64,000 bases of DNA from Chlorokybus atmophyticus (taxonomy: Eukaryota > Plantae > Mesostigma and Chlorokybus algae): assembly GCA_009103225.1 (NCBI GenBank), contig RHPI01000193.1, positions 124,001-188,000 of the forward strand, written 5' to 3'. The notes beneath the pieces are model-generated. The model saw only the letters and a program-made list of their open reading frames with translations. It searched no databases and was not told the origin of the DNA. Position numbers and translations under genes: made by a program. Shown in pieces: positions 11,901-23,413 of this stretch. Each line of letters opens with the position of its first letter. Positions within the stretch are counted from its first letter, which is position 1.

Positions 11901-14900
11901 ATGCATCTCTGCAATATGTTGCAAACATACGCATATGCATGAATGCACATGCAGATGTGTCCGCGTGTGTACAAGCCAACACACGCGCACATACTTTCAC
12001 ACCCACGCACACACCCAGACACCCACCTCATCACGCAGATGCGCACGAGGAGGCCATCTCCAGCCAATGGAGTATGTACGCCGCCCGTCGCTTCAACGAC
12101 ACCTTCTTAGCTTTCAACGAGCGTCGCATGGGTCTGACCGGCGGCGTGTACCGTCTCTTCTGGTTGGGTAGCATCCCCACCTGGCAGCAGTGGGTTGCCA
12201 CACCACCCCCACTATCCACATACCCACCTCTAGACAGCCGCAACCAGGGATATCGCGTCGACGCCGTGTCTTTCCGATCCGCGTGGCAAGACGGATCCGC
12301 CGGATATCTATTTATGAGGGCGGGACAAGGACCTAATAAGGGAGGTGGACACCAACATTTAGATGCTGGGAGCTTCGTTTACGAGTCCAACGGCGTGCGT
12401 TGGTTTATCGACTTAGGTGCGGATGATTATTTGATCCCTGGTTACTTCAACCCGAAGAGGTTCAAGTTTTATCGCACGCGCACGGAAGGACACAACACTT
12501 TGGCTATAGTTGGGGGTGGGATTGTTCAACAGCCACTTTACTTCAACTCTCAGCCACTGTTGACAACCACACCCATCACGTCAACGTACGCCAACGCAAC
12601 ACGCTCGCAGGCTGTTGTTGACTTGTCGCAGGCTTACCCGGACACGGTTTCTGTGCAAAGAGGAGTTATGTTGTTGAAAGATGTCCAATCTGGAGGGAGA
12701 TTGTTGATACAGGATGAGATAATTTCTGCTACACCTGTTGATGTTGTGTCGATGTTCCACACGCGGGCCGCCGTGAGCGTTGCCTTGGACGGGAGGAGTG
12801 TACAATTAACTCAGGGTGGAGTCACTTTGATAGGACAGATATTAACTCCTGCAGACGCTTCATTCTCGGTCATTACAACAGACCCAACACCACTCAACAA
12901 CTCCCCAACATTGCCGGAAGACCCCAACACAGGCGTGTCCAACTTGATCGTGCGGCCGGGTGGGTTTGTTACATCCACCCGCATAGCAGTCTTCTTCCAA
13001 CTTTCCAACAGTACTCTCTCACCCCCACAACTTGTGCCATTATCAAAGTGGGCTGTTGAGACGTGCAACGGCATCGATGACGATAAAGACGGGTATATCG
13101 ACAACGAGCCCGGCACAAAGTTGCCTCTAACAATGACGTGTCAAGCGGGTTGTCATCAAGGCGTGCAAGTGTGTGTTAATGGGAGTTACATTGAGTGCAA
13201 TGTGAAGGCTGATCCCGAAATCTGCGACGGCGTCGATAACGACTGCGACGGGAGTATTGACGTACCTGTATCAGGGAGCTCGCAGATACAACTCAACTGC
13301 AACGCCGATATCAACGAGGTGTGCTACCATTCAGCTTGCAGGGCGCTGGCCAAAGCCACCGATATCGCCCTCGTCCCGCTTCAATCAGTGTGGGCTTTCA
13401 GACACATCAACAGCGATGTCCCCAACTGGAAAGATATCTCTTTTAACCCTGCAACAACAACAGGATGGGTCTCGGGTCCCGCGCCGATATCAACATCGCC
13501 TTCTCCACCCTATCCAGCAAACACCAACATGACACAAGTGAGGTTGAATGGGCAATACTCACCCACAGGCTACTTCATCAGAGACTTCGTTACACCCAAC
13601 TACAGTGGCATTGTCACCTCTTTGGACGTGCAAAGCCTCGTGCAAATGGGAGCTGTTGTGTGGGTGAATGGAGTTGAGTTGATCAGACTCAACATGCCAC
13701 CCGGCGTGCCCGCGATGTCAACGTGGGCCACAGCCAACAACCCAACATACAACTCCAACACGGCCAAGCTCATCAACATGACGCTCCTCCCAGCGGATGT
13801 CAACAACGTCAACAACAACCTGCTCAAGCCAGCGGGACAAGTCAACCGCCTCGCTGTGGAGATGCATAAGACGAGCCAGTTCAACAACTTACAGCTGGAG
13901 GCGTCACTCACAGCAACTGTGGCTGCGACGTGTGCAGACCCGACGCGCTGCATACAAAGGTAATATGCGTGCGTGTGTATGTGCGTGTGCGTGTGCGAGA
14001 GAGAGAGTCTAATATGTGGTGTTGTGCAGTACTGGCAAGCTGAGTGTGTTCAAGACTTATAGCGCGTGGAGTTACAAGGATGACGGGCAGCCGGACCCAT
14101 CATGGACTAACCCCTCTTTCGACGACTCCACATGGCCCTCAGGCAAGTGCAGCACACTACCATCTGGTCCACGCTGTGTGCACACGCATGACATGACACA
14201 TCCTCTTCCTCCTCCAGGCAAGTCTCCGCTCGGTTTCTACAACAAGGTTCCCTGCGCGGACCAGACGACCGTCGCGCGATCGCACCAGACGACGACCTAC
14301 TTCCGAAAGACGTTCGCGCTCACCGGGACGCACTGCGCGCATACGTACTGGGCAAACATACGCACGCGCGACGGATTCGTAAGTGTTGATGTGCGTGCGC
14401 GTGCGTGCACGCGCTCGCGCAAGCGTGCGTGTACTTGTTATTGTTATGACAAAGTCTTACTCAAAGGTCGATTATGCTTATATCCAGGTCATGTGTGCGC
14501 GTGTGTGCGTGTACACACCACACACATACACATTGATGTTATGACAAAGACTTGCCATGTTACGTCTCCAGGTCATGTATGTGAATGGGTATGAGGCGTT
14601 GCGGGTCAACATGCCGAGCGGGGATCGCGTTGTGATGAACAATGGGACTTACGCGCTCGGCCCGGGCGACGGGACCAGTTTTGTGTCGTATCCCTTGGCT
14701 GCCGGGCTCATCTCTGCAGACGGACCACAAGTGAGTGTTGTGCGTGTGCACTTGTGTGTGCTTGCACGTGCACGTGCATGATACAAGTACACGCACACCT
14801 GCACATGAACGCGCGCATACACGTATGGATGCACGCGCACACAGTCGTGCACACGTGCGAGTGTTTTTGTACCAGTGTGCGTTTGCGTGCACACGCGCAC

Positions 14901-15149
14901 TGGTACAAACACACACGCGTACACGCACATGCACAGGCACATACACACACAGACACATACAAGTTATGAGAGACATACTAAACTCACATGTGTACCCCCG
15001 TACAGTTGTTGGCGGTTGAGGTGCACGAGTTCATTGGCGCCCCGCCCTTCATCACGTTCGACATGGAGTTCGGCATGCAGGCGGACGCGGCATGCTTGAA
15101 GGCCGCCGGCACAGGGGCGTTCATACCACTCGCGGGCGAAATAGTATGA
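8970..15149 (+). CDS. Secreted multidomain protein: signal peptide + PAC/Pollen Ole e 1-like domain + Pro/Ser-rich linker + heparinase II/III-like lyase + 2 MopE-like repeats + 2 beta-sandwich domains
   Basis: Exons 8970-9374, 9634-10755 (contains N gap 9776-10439), 10950-11318, 11558-11801, 12039-13959, 14030-14142, 14218-14378, 14572-14730, 15006-15149. Splice phases are compatible, the sum is 4638 nt, and there are no internal stops in sequenced parts. Motifs: hydrophobic leader ending TASA-Q; CDAC..C..C..C..C; YSPTGGWTEGTTY; GGHQHLDAGSFVYESNGVRWFIDLG; RTRTEGHNTL; ETCNGIDDDKDGYID; EICDGVDNDCDGSID; YFRKTF..DG.VMYVNG..LLAVEVHE. Confidence 0.9.
9776..10439. other. Assembly gap within the poly-Pro/Ser coding repeat
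   Basis: 664 N flanked by C-rich PPPSPP-coding sequence on both sides. Confidence 0.95.
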
Positions 15150-16699
15150 TAGATAGATAGGTACAATGTAGGAGTCGAGTAACTAACAGTATGTTGATAG
15201 AAGATATGTGGTAGTAGGATGATTGGTTGTAAGTTCGCAAGCAGGTTGTGGTTAGCATATGAAGTTGGGAATCAAATTTGTCGTTGAGACATAGTACAGT
15301 AACCGGGATGATTGTTACTTGCCCACACCGGCACATATGCTTGCGAGCTGAGACAAGTTGTACAGTGCAGTAGCTTGCATACGTATTCACAGGAAAGCGC
15401 AGAGGCGAGACGGTCACAATGCCAACACTTGCTTACTGTTACCTGTTGACAGCTGCGATGTTGATGACCGCATGCAAGCAAGAGATCAATCAAGGCTTTA
15501 AGTACCAGATGTAAGCTCCCCCATTGGCTTGCCAACAACAATCAAGGCTGTTGAAGCAACAAGTCAACTGACTAGCCAATAAGCACCCGCACATGCGCAC
15601 AGACATACACGCAAACCGACAGACAGACAAACAAGCAAACACACAGACGAACACACACAGACACACAAACACCGACAAACAGACGCACGCACGCACGCAC
15701 GCACGCACAAGCATGCAGGCATGCACACGCACGCACGCACGTGCCGGAATCCACATGTATGTTGGAATTTGATGCAAGGTGTAAGCAGCCCTTGGCATGT
15801 TATGGTGATTGTTTTACAAATAGCATACACAGCCTGGCGACGGCTGAACTGACTTCGTTCTGTGCTTCAATTGACAAGTGTTGTAAGCACTTTTGCATAT
15901 GGGTCTCGCATGTGCTGTGCGTGCGTTCACGAAAGGTTCAACTCGTCGCGCAACTTCTGGCGGCGTGATATTCCCATTAAGCTAGCAGCAGTACACGACA
16001 AGCGTGCAGGGCATCTCTCTGCTTACGAAGATAGAGTTTCAACTCAAGCCTAGCCTAAGCGTCCAAACCATAACAACGACAATATCAACATCATCACACT
16101 CAACAACAACCTCAAGCAGCACCAGTTGTGTGACGCTCACAGCACTGGCGCAAACTTTTCCGACGACCCTTGAAGAAAGCACATTCTCATGCAGGTGCAG
16201 CACCACCTTGCCGCCCGTATCGCCGGCGCCATTGCTGCTACTACCACTGCGTTAAGCGTTAAGACACTGAATGCACCTCTCTGTTCTGGACGCTTACCTG
16301 CGTTAAGCAGGCAAATGCCCTCAGTGCAAAGCTGAACTTAACGCTAAGCGCTCTGCTGCTTTCAGCTCGGAGTAGCTGAGCTCTGCTCTGGCGGCGGCGT
16401 GCAAGGCGCTGCTGAGCAGCTGGCGGACGAGGACGAGTAGGTTGAGGGTTGAACTGTGCTCTTTTTCAAGCTGCCACGAGCTGACTTTCAGGCAAGTTTT
16501 GCTGTTCTTGACTGGCCTCTCAGTGTCTCTCAGGTGAGCATGGGTGAGCCTGTGCATATAGCAGCTGGTCATCCATGGTTGAATGCGGTATACGGGTATA
16601 CGGGTGCCAAATCGGCTGTTCTGGGCTGTTTGTTCTAAGAAAACGCAATGCATGGATGCCTCTTTTCCTGCGCGTATAAGTGTGTATGCAGAGGGACGG

Positions 16700-17000
16700 N
16701 NNNNNNNNNNNNNNNNNNNNNNNNNNNNNNNNNNNNNNNNNNNNNNNNNNNNNNNNNNNNNNNNNNNNNNNNNNNNNNNNNNNNNNNNNNNNNNNNNNNN
16801 NNNNNNNNNNNNNNNNNNNNNNNNNNNNNNNNNNNNNNNNNNNNNNNNNNNNNNNNNNNNNNNNNNNNNNNNNNNNNNNNNNNNNNNNNNNNNNNNNNNN
16901 NNNNNNNNNNNNNNNNNNNNNNNNNNNNNNNNNNNNNNNNNNNNNNNNNNNNNNNNNNNNNNNNNNNNNNNNNNNNNNNNNNNNNNNNNNNNNNNNNNNN
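16700..17000. other. Assembly gap beside a poly-G tract
   Basis: N run followed by GGGGGGGG. Confidence 0.95.
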
Positions 17001-20000
17001 GGGGGGGGACTACGCTTAGTCCCCAACAAGCTTCCTAATGCATGCTTACACCTGTTTCAAGTATGCAGCTGCTGCTGTCAAGTCCAACTACTTCACTCAC
17101 AACCTAATTGAACAACACGATGAACTAACGCAGACCATGAATTGTGATACTATCATATCATCAAGCAATTATCAAGCAAACCACCACCTCATCCGCAGTC
17201 TTAGCGTCCAGCTCGTTGTTATGGCCGAGGTGGATGGCGAAGTGGCCGAGTGTCGTGAGTAGAGTGCTTGCATCGCCGTCGGCTAAAGACGAGGCAGGCT
17301 TTCTTGCGAAGGACTGGCAAGAAGCCATTTGATGGCATTGAGCCGGTGACCGCCGACCGTTGATTGTAGCCTACCGCACTGATATCCAACTAGCCATGGG
17401 ATATCACTTTGAGTTGCCCGCTGGCCCGTCGACCGCTGGCGTTCTTCAACTTTCGTCAGCGGTTGAGAACCGTAGGCGTGTTCGCGTGAGGATCGGCCCG
17501 TACGCCGTCCAGAGTTGTGGCACCAGCGGTATTGGCGGCACTAACGGCGGCGGCGGTGAAGAGCTGCGCACATTCAAAGCCGCACCATGGGTTGAACTAA
17601 GTGCGGTGCAGTGTGTGCGCCAACGACTATAGAGTGGACACAAATGGAGGAGGCGATTGATTAGGCCGCAGAGCAGGCGGCCTTAAAGGCCGTAGCGGCC
17701 AACATACGCCACAGCCACGGCATTGCTAGGCAAATCTGTACACGCACGTGCACACGCACGCCAACATAAGCAAACACTTACACGCACATACTACACCGCA
17801 CACCCGACTGACTTTATATGACACTTGCACTCACACCCGCGCACATTGCATTGCACGCGCACGCACCTGCACACGCAAATTGTCTGACCGCACGTGCACA
17901 CACGCAGAGGCCTACATGTGCACGCACACATATGCACACTGAAACGCGCTCACACATTAACCAACATACACATGCGCACATAAACGGAGACACACAAATA
18001 CACGCACACGCTGCACTGCACTCCTACATTGACTGACAAGTACATCTGCACATATTGCATCCACCCACTTGCACTCACTCACACCCGCACACTGCACTTC
18101 ATGCGCGCACGCCAAGTGCACACGCAGATGCACACATTGTTCATGTGTTTGGTTTATCAATTGCATTATGACATTAATAAATAGGTTTAACAAGTGATGT
18201 TAATGACGCAGATTTACGGATGGCCTCAAAGGTGAGGGTCCTATGCAATGTACATGGCAAAATACGAAAATATCATATTTGAATTCGAATGCTGGTTGAC
18301 AGGGTTGCGTATTTGATCGCTTTAATATTGTTTATAAGCTGAAAGAGAAGTTAATATTAAAAACTCTCCTTTAAGGTGGTTTCAATGTGAGTCAAGGAGT
18401 TTGCTGACAAGCACATTCTTTGCAATATATATGCAATGCATCGGTCCCGCAAAAACAATGAGACGAGTTTAATAGCATGCTTGCTTGTTGTACTTCATTA
18501 ATTATTCATGTGCTGCATACCAACACCCATTGTATAAGATGAGCTTGAAAATGCACGGGGGTAACGTAGATTCATCACGCTCGAGGGCTTATTACGCCTT
18601 TTTAGCAAGCCCAAAAACTTTATACTATACAATAATCACATGTTTATGTATACTTCGTATACTACCATACCATAATTGAACATCTCGTGGCTCGCTCGTA
18701 TTTATTACATGTGAGCCCACTCAGATATAGGAGGGGAGCTTTTGTCCCTCATTTTATTAGATTAACCGGTACAAATCGGCCGGCTGATACGGCGATTGTT
18801 TTCAATAGCGGTCGAGCTGTGAAACCAACCCGGTCGACCGCCAAAATGTCGCGGTCGACCATCAATAACCCAATCGATTGTTTTAATCGAACGGTGCTGC
18901 ATGGAATGACCGCGCGATGAGCTAGTCATCTAGCGGCGACGCGACTCGCGACGTGGGCGCGCCGCGTTGCAGCTCCCCCTGCTCACTCTTCGCAAGCCTT
19001 CCTAACCAAAGTCAAGAAGTTGAAAGGTTGTTGTTTTGAATCGAGTAGAAGCTGATAGCAGTGTCAATGCATGACGTGAATTCTGTATTATAAAAAAAAG
19101 GTGGACTGTGTATAGCGTGTTTCATGCAGGCGTATCATCAAGTAGAAGTTGGCACGGGTTTTTAGCCGTGCGCTAGATTGATGCGACGCGGGGCAAACAC
19201 AAGGACGCGGTTACGCGCATGCACTCTTGCCTGCACTCATTCAGACTGAGAAGGAAAATTGCAGGCAACTTCACATGTGCCAGCCTGTGAGCTACGCACG
19301 CTTGCACGCACTTATGTGCACGCGCGTGTGCACTCATGTGTACAACCATTGTGTTTAGTGCGTGTGTGCATGTCCACAGTTCCATCTAATGTACACACAC
19401 TTGTCTGCCAATTACAACGATGTACATGACATGTAGATAAAAACAACTATGCATGCAGGCGTATTTGCCGCGCGCGACTTTGGTGAAGGCGACGTGCTCG
19501 TGAGGAAACCGAAACTCGTAAGCGCTTAGCACTTTGCCAACAAGATCACGTGGGTGTCACGGTGACACCCATTCTTCTGCAGTAGTGCTCTTGTACGCAA
19601 TCACTTTTGCATGCATGTGTGCGCTTGCTTAGACAGCAGCTTTTAGCCATAAATCTATTTCTCTTCATCAGGCCGTCGCCCATGTTGGCAGCCACTGTTT
19701 TCAGTACATGGGCTCGATAGAGCAGCAGATAAGCAGGCGCATACTGGTACTCTCAACATCCACTGCGCCACATCACACCCACAACAAAACATCTTACACA
19801 AACTGCGATAAAGAAATTGAAGAACAATAAGGTGAAGACGATGACGGCAATGCTGTTGAGATCAGCCCAGAAGTCAAGCAGTTGGCTTGGCAGCTCGTCG
19901 AGGGCAACATCAAGCTTCCATTTACCAAAGTATTCTCGTTCCGTAATTCTGTGGCTTGCCCTGGCGGCTGCGAAGAAGATGAAGATGAAGCTTTCTGCAG

Positions 20001-21112
20001 GTATGTGCATTCCATGCGCGCGCGTGCGCGTGTGCGCGTACAAGTGCGTGAGTGCGTGTATTCACATTTCATGACTTTTACAAGCTGCTTCCCATACTCA
20101 AATTCTTAGTGTAATATAACAGCACTTCCTGCACGGAAGCAGTATGGGATTTCTGTCATCAGTTGTTGTGCAACGGAACCGGCTTGAAAGGTAGCGTGCG
20201 CTTTTAAGCTTCAAGGCGCATGCGAATAAAACCAATGACATCTTTCACGTAGCTGCACAGGCAAGTAAGAGTCAGTCAAGGTGTGCGGGTGTTTTGTTTG
20301 TTTTGTGTGTGTACTTCGTGAAGTTGACTCATACATTGCTTTGCAGGTTATTGCTACTACGGCCTTGCAATATCGCCATATGTCTAGATTTTGAGTCTGC
20401 AGGTGTTGATGTCGACTTGTTGAAGAACGAAGTGAAGCGATTCAGGCAACAGCTGAAGGAGGTGCGTTTATGGAATGAATTATAATGTGAATGGAGTGTA
20501 TTGTCTCATCGCTATTCAGTGATGCCATTGGAACTTATGATTCTGTCATGAAGTTTCTGCTGCATTGAGTCATGTATGAGAGCATCATTAGCAGTTTTGA
20601 GCTCAACAATCTGTGAGTTTGTCTCGTCGTTTCGATGGTAGTACCATGACTGGTTGTATTTACTATGACTGGCTTGATATAATTGACTATCACACTGTGC
20701 CCACGTTTGTTGTAGAGACATGGTGGTTGAGTCCCTACTACAACGCTATTTCCTCCATATGGATGACCAAGCGCCGGAGCTCAAGGTAATCTGTCATGAA
20801 CACTGTGCATGTGCGTGCGTGCGTGCGTGTGTGAGCGTGCGCTTTGCCAACTGGCTGTGCAAGACGTTTGTCAACCAGAGGATGCAATGCAGGCCATCAC
20901 TCAACTGCTGTTGGATGCACTCGGGCCTTACGCCGACCATTGCAAAGTAAGACGCATTGACATGTCACTGTCTACATGTTGTTGGGACCACTTTTGGTAA
21001 CGTTACAGTTGTTGTGTTGCAGGGATGTGCTTCTTCACCATACAAAGTTGTATGAACCACTCATGCAATCCCAACGCGCACGCATTGAAGCAATGAGGTG
21101 AGACACATATGC

Positions 21113-23111
21113 ACACGGATTGACGTTCGGGGACCATGCATGGTCCTTCCACGGACCCCGCGGGCCATAAATGGTCCGTCCCCACGGACCACGAGTGTCT
21201 GGTCCGCGAGGGACGGACCGTCCATGGTCCTTTTGGGGCCCCAACACCTGGCGCGCAGTCGCGCACCACATATGGTCCGTGCCGCACCTTGTATGGTGCG
21301 GCACGGACCAGTACTCTACGCTGGTTCCTGGATGCGGACCAGGAGTGGGCCCGCGGCTCAGCGGCCCGGCAGCCGCGCACCGTACATGGTCCGTGCCGCA
21401 CCATGTATGGGGCGGCATGGACCAGCAATGTTGCTGGTTGGCGGCCCTGCAGGGCGCGCTACACGTGTACCATGACTGTAGTATCGTTATTGCATGAACG
21501 AGTACATACGTACATTGTGTGTATCATCATTTAATAAATGACAGGCCGCACCGACTGTCGCCGCTTACCATAAAGTGGACAGTCGCAAATGGTCGGCTGT
21601 CAATGTATATTGACAGCCGGCTGTCCACGTACACTACGTACACTTTAACTTGACAGCCGCCGACCAGTTGCGGCTGTCCACTTGTGGCCTATATATGTAT
21701 ATATGGATATGTGTATACATATAAATATATGTGTATATATACACATATATATATATGTATACAAGCATATGTATATATATGTTGATAAATATACGTGTGT
21801 GCATGTAGGAATACGCTTAAGGTATACAAGCAAAAATTGTTGACGAATTGCGCAATTTGCAGCCGTGCAATTACTTCATATCTATTATTTCACGTACATA
21901 CATTGTTGTAAGTATATTGATGCGCGTACACATGTGCATCAAACCTTTCATATGTAAAATTATATACATCTCAAATAATGTATAAAAATATAACTGTACA
22001 AAGTGTTATGATTGCTGTACAATTACATAGTCTAAAAAATTTATTATATCAAATTTACATCCATGCGTTGCGCGTGTTAATTACATTATATATAGTTTGT
22101 TGGTTATTACATTATCATAATGTTGACAACCGTTAACATCATACCATGAATACATATGTTGATGCTGTTCGCATGTTGCATTGCTAGGCGTAGTTTATGG
22201 TATGTTTGGTTTTGATGATTTGTACGAAACGAAAGCGCAAGCAATGTCAGATGTTATGACTTGTAGCCTTACTTGTATAACCTCATAAATGGCCTATAAA
22301 AGCCTCATGCGACCACAGAATCATCGACAGCCCGATAAGGTACACTGGCTGCATTGACAGTCGCAATTTGGCTACTATCGCTAAGCATTGTCACAATGAC
22401 AGCCCCTAACAAGTCTACAAATTGTACTGGCGTATTGACAACCGCCGAGTTCGCGGCTACCGGTATGTAGTTTGCCACCGTCCATGTAACTGGTACAGCC
22501 TATGAATGCTACAGTTGCATGGGCTCAGCCTATGGGCCTATCAAAGTGACAATCTCCGACTGTCCATCGGCAATTACTGCCGCCGGCCGACAGTCGCCAA
22601 GCGGCGCATGCAATACACTATATGATATAGGTTGCCATGCAACCCTACCGGTACGTGCACTTGTAGCTTAGTGGTTAGGGCGTCGTCTTTGATATGCTAA
22701 AGGTACTGGGTTCGAATCCGGCCGATGCGTGTGTTCTTGACTAATCATTCCACTAACGCCGCGGAGCTGGCCGCGGCCTCGTGCGCCGCAGGTTGGGCGT
22801 AGCCGGTGCCGCCGGCAAAGATGTCTCAACTTTTACTGCATTTGCACTCATATTCGGTCCATGGTCCGCTAGCCGGACCAGTAATGATTGAAATATTGTA
22901 ATGATATGATTTTGTCCCTGGTCTGATGGCCGGACCATACCTGGTCCTGACGCAACAGTAATCGGCCGGACCTTCAATGGTCCGTACCAAGGGACAATGG
23001 TACCATTCACGTGAAGTTCGGACCATGCATGGTCCGACAATTTCACTTAGCAGGGGAAAATCCCGGTCCTGCGTCACGGACCATTCATGGTCCTTAAACG
23101 TCAATCCGTGT
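21113..23111. mobile_element. Non-autonomous TIR DNA transposon (CACGG...CCGTG termini, possibly CMC group) in an ATXR2 intron
   Basis: Left ACACGGATTGACGTTcgGGGACCATGCATGGTCC is the inverted match of right GGACCATTCATGGTCCttAAACGTCAATCCGTGT. Dense GGACC/GGTCC subterminal motifs at both ends, an inner tier of GACAG/CTGTC motifs and an AT-rich core. No clean TSD. Confidence 0.75.
22657..22728 (+). ncRNA. Degenerate tRNA-like sequence (Pol III A/B boxes); pseudo-tRNA or SINE head
   Basis: GCACTTG TAGCTTAGTGGTTAGGGC ... GGTTCGAATCC GGCCGATGC, 72 nt. Acceptor and anticodon stems pair poorly. Second copy at 27616-27687. Confidence 0.55.
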
Positions 23112-23379
23112 CATGCGTCCGTGTGGGCTTGCGCGTGCTAAAAGGAAACAAGCCAAAAGGACAAATTTGCAGTGTTATGTGCAAACTCGTGTAAGCCTTC
23201 TGCTGTAAACCTTTTGAATCCTTTCGTCCTGCTGGGCAGGACGTTGTTGGGAGCGCTGTTATCCTCGCCAAACGGCCTATACTAGCCGGCGAACAGGTAC
23301 ACACAATTATATATACTGCACCAATGCAGCTTGCCTCGCTGTGCTTTTGCACCCTCATATACATAAATATATATATACA

Positions 23380-23413
<34 letters not shown>

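Noticed and set aside
15150-17700. Possible DIRS/tyrosine-recombinase or gag remnant on the minus strand
   Set aside because: Only vague similarity; no diagnostic motif; interrupted by a gap.
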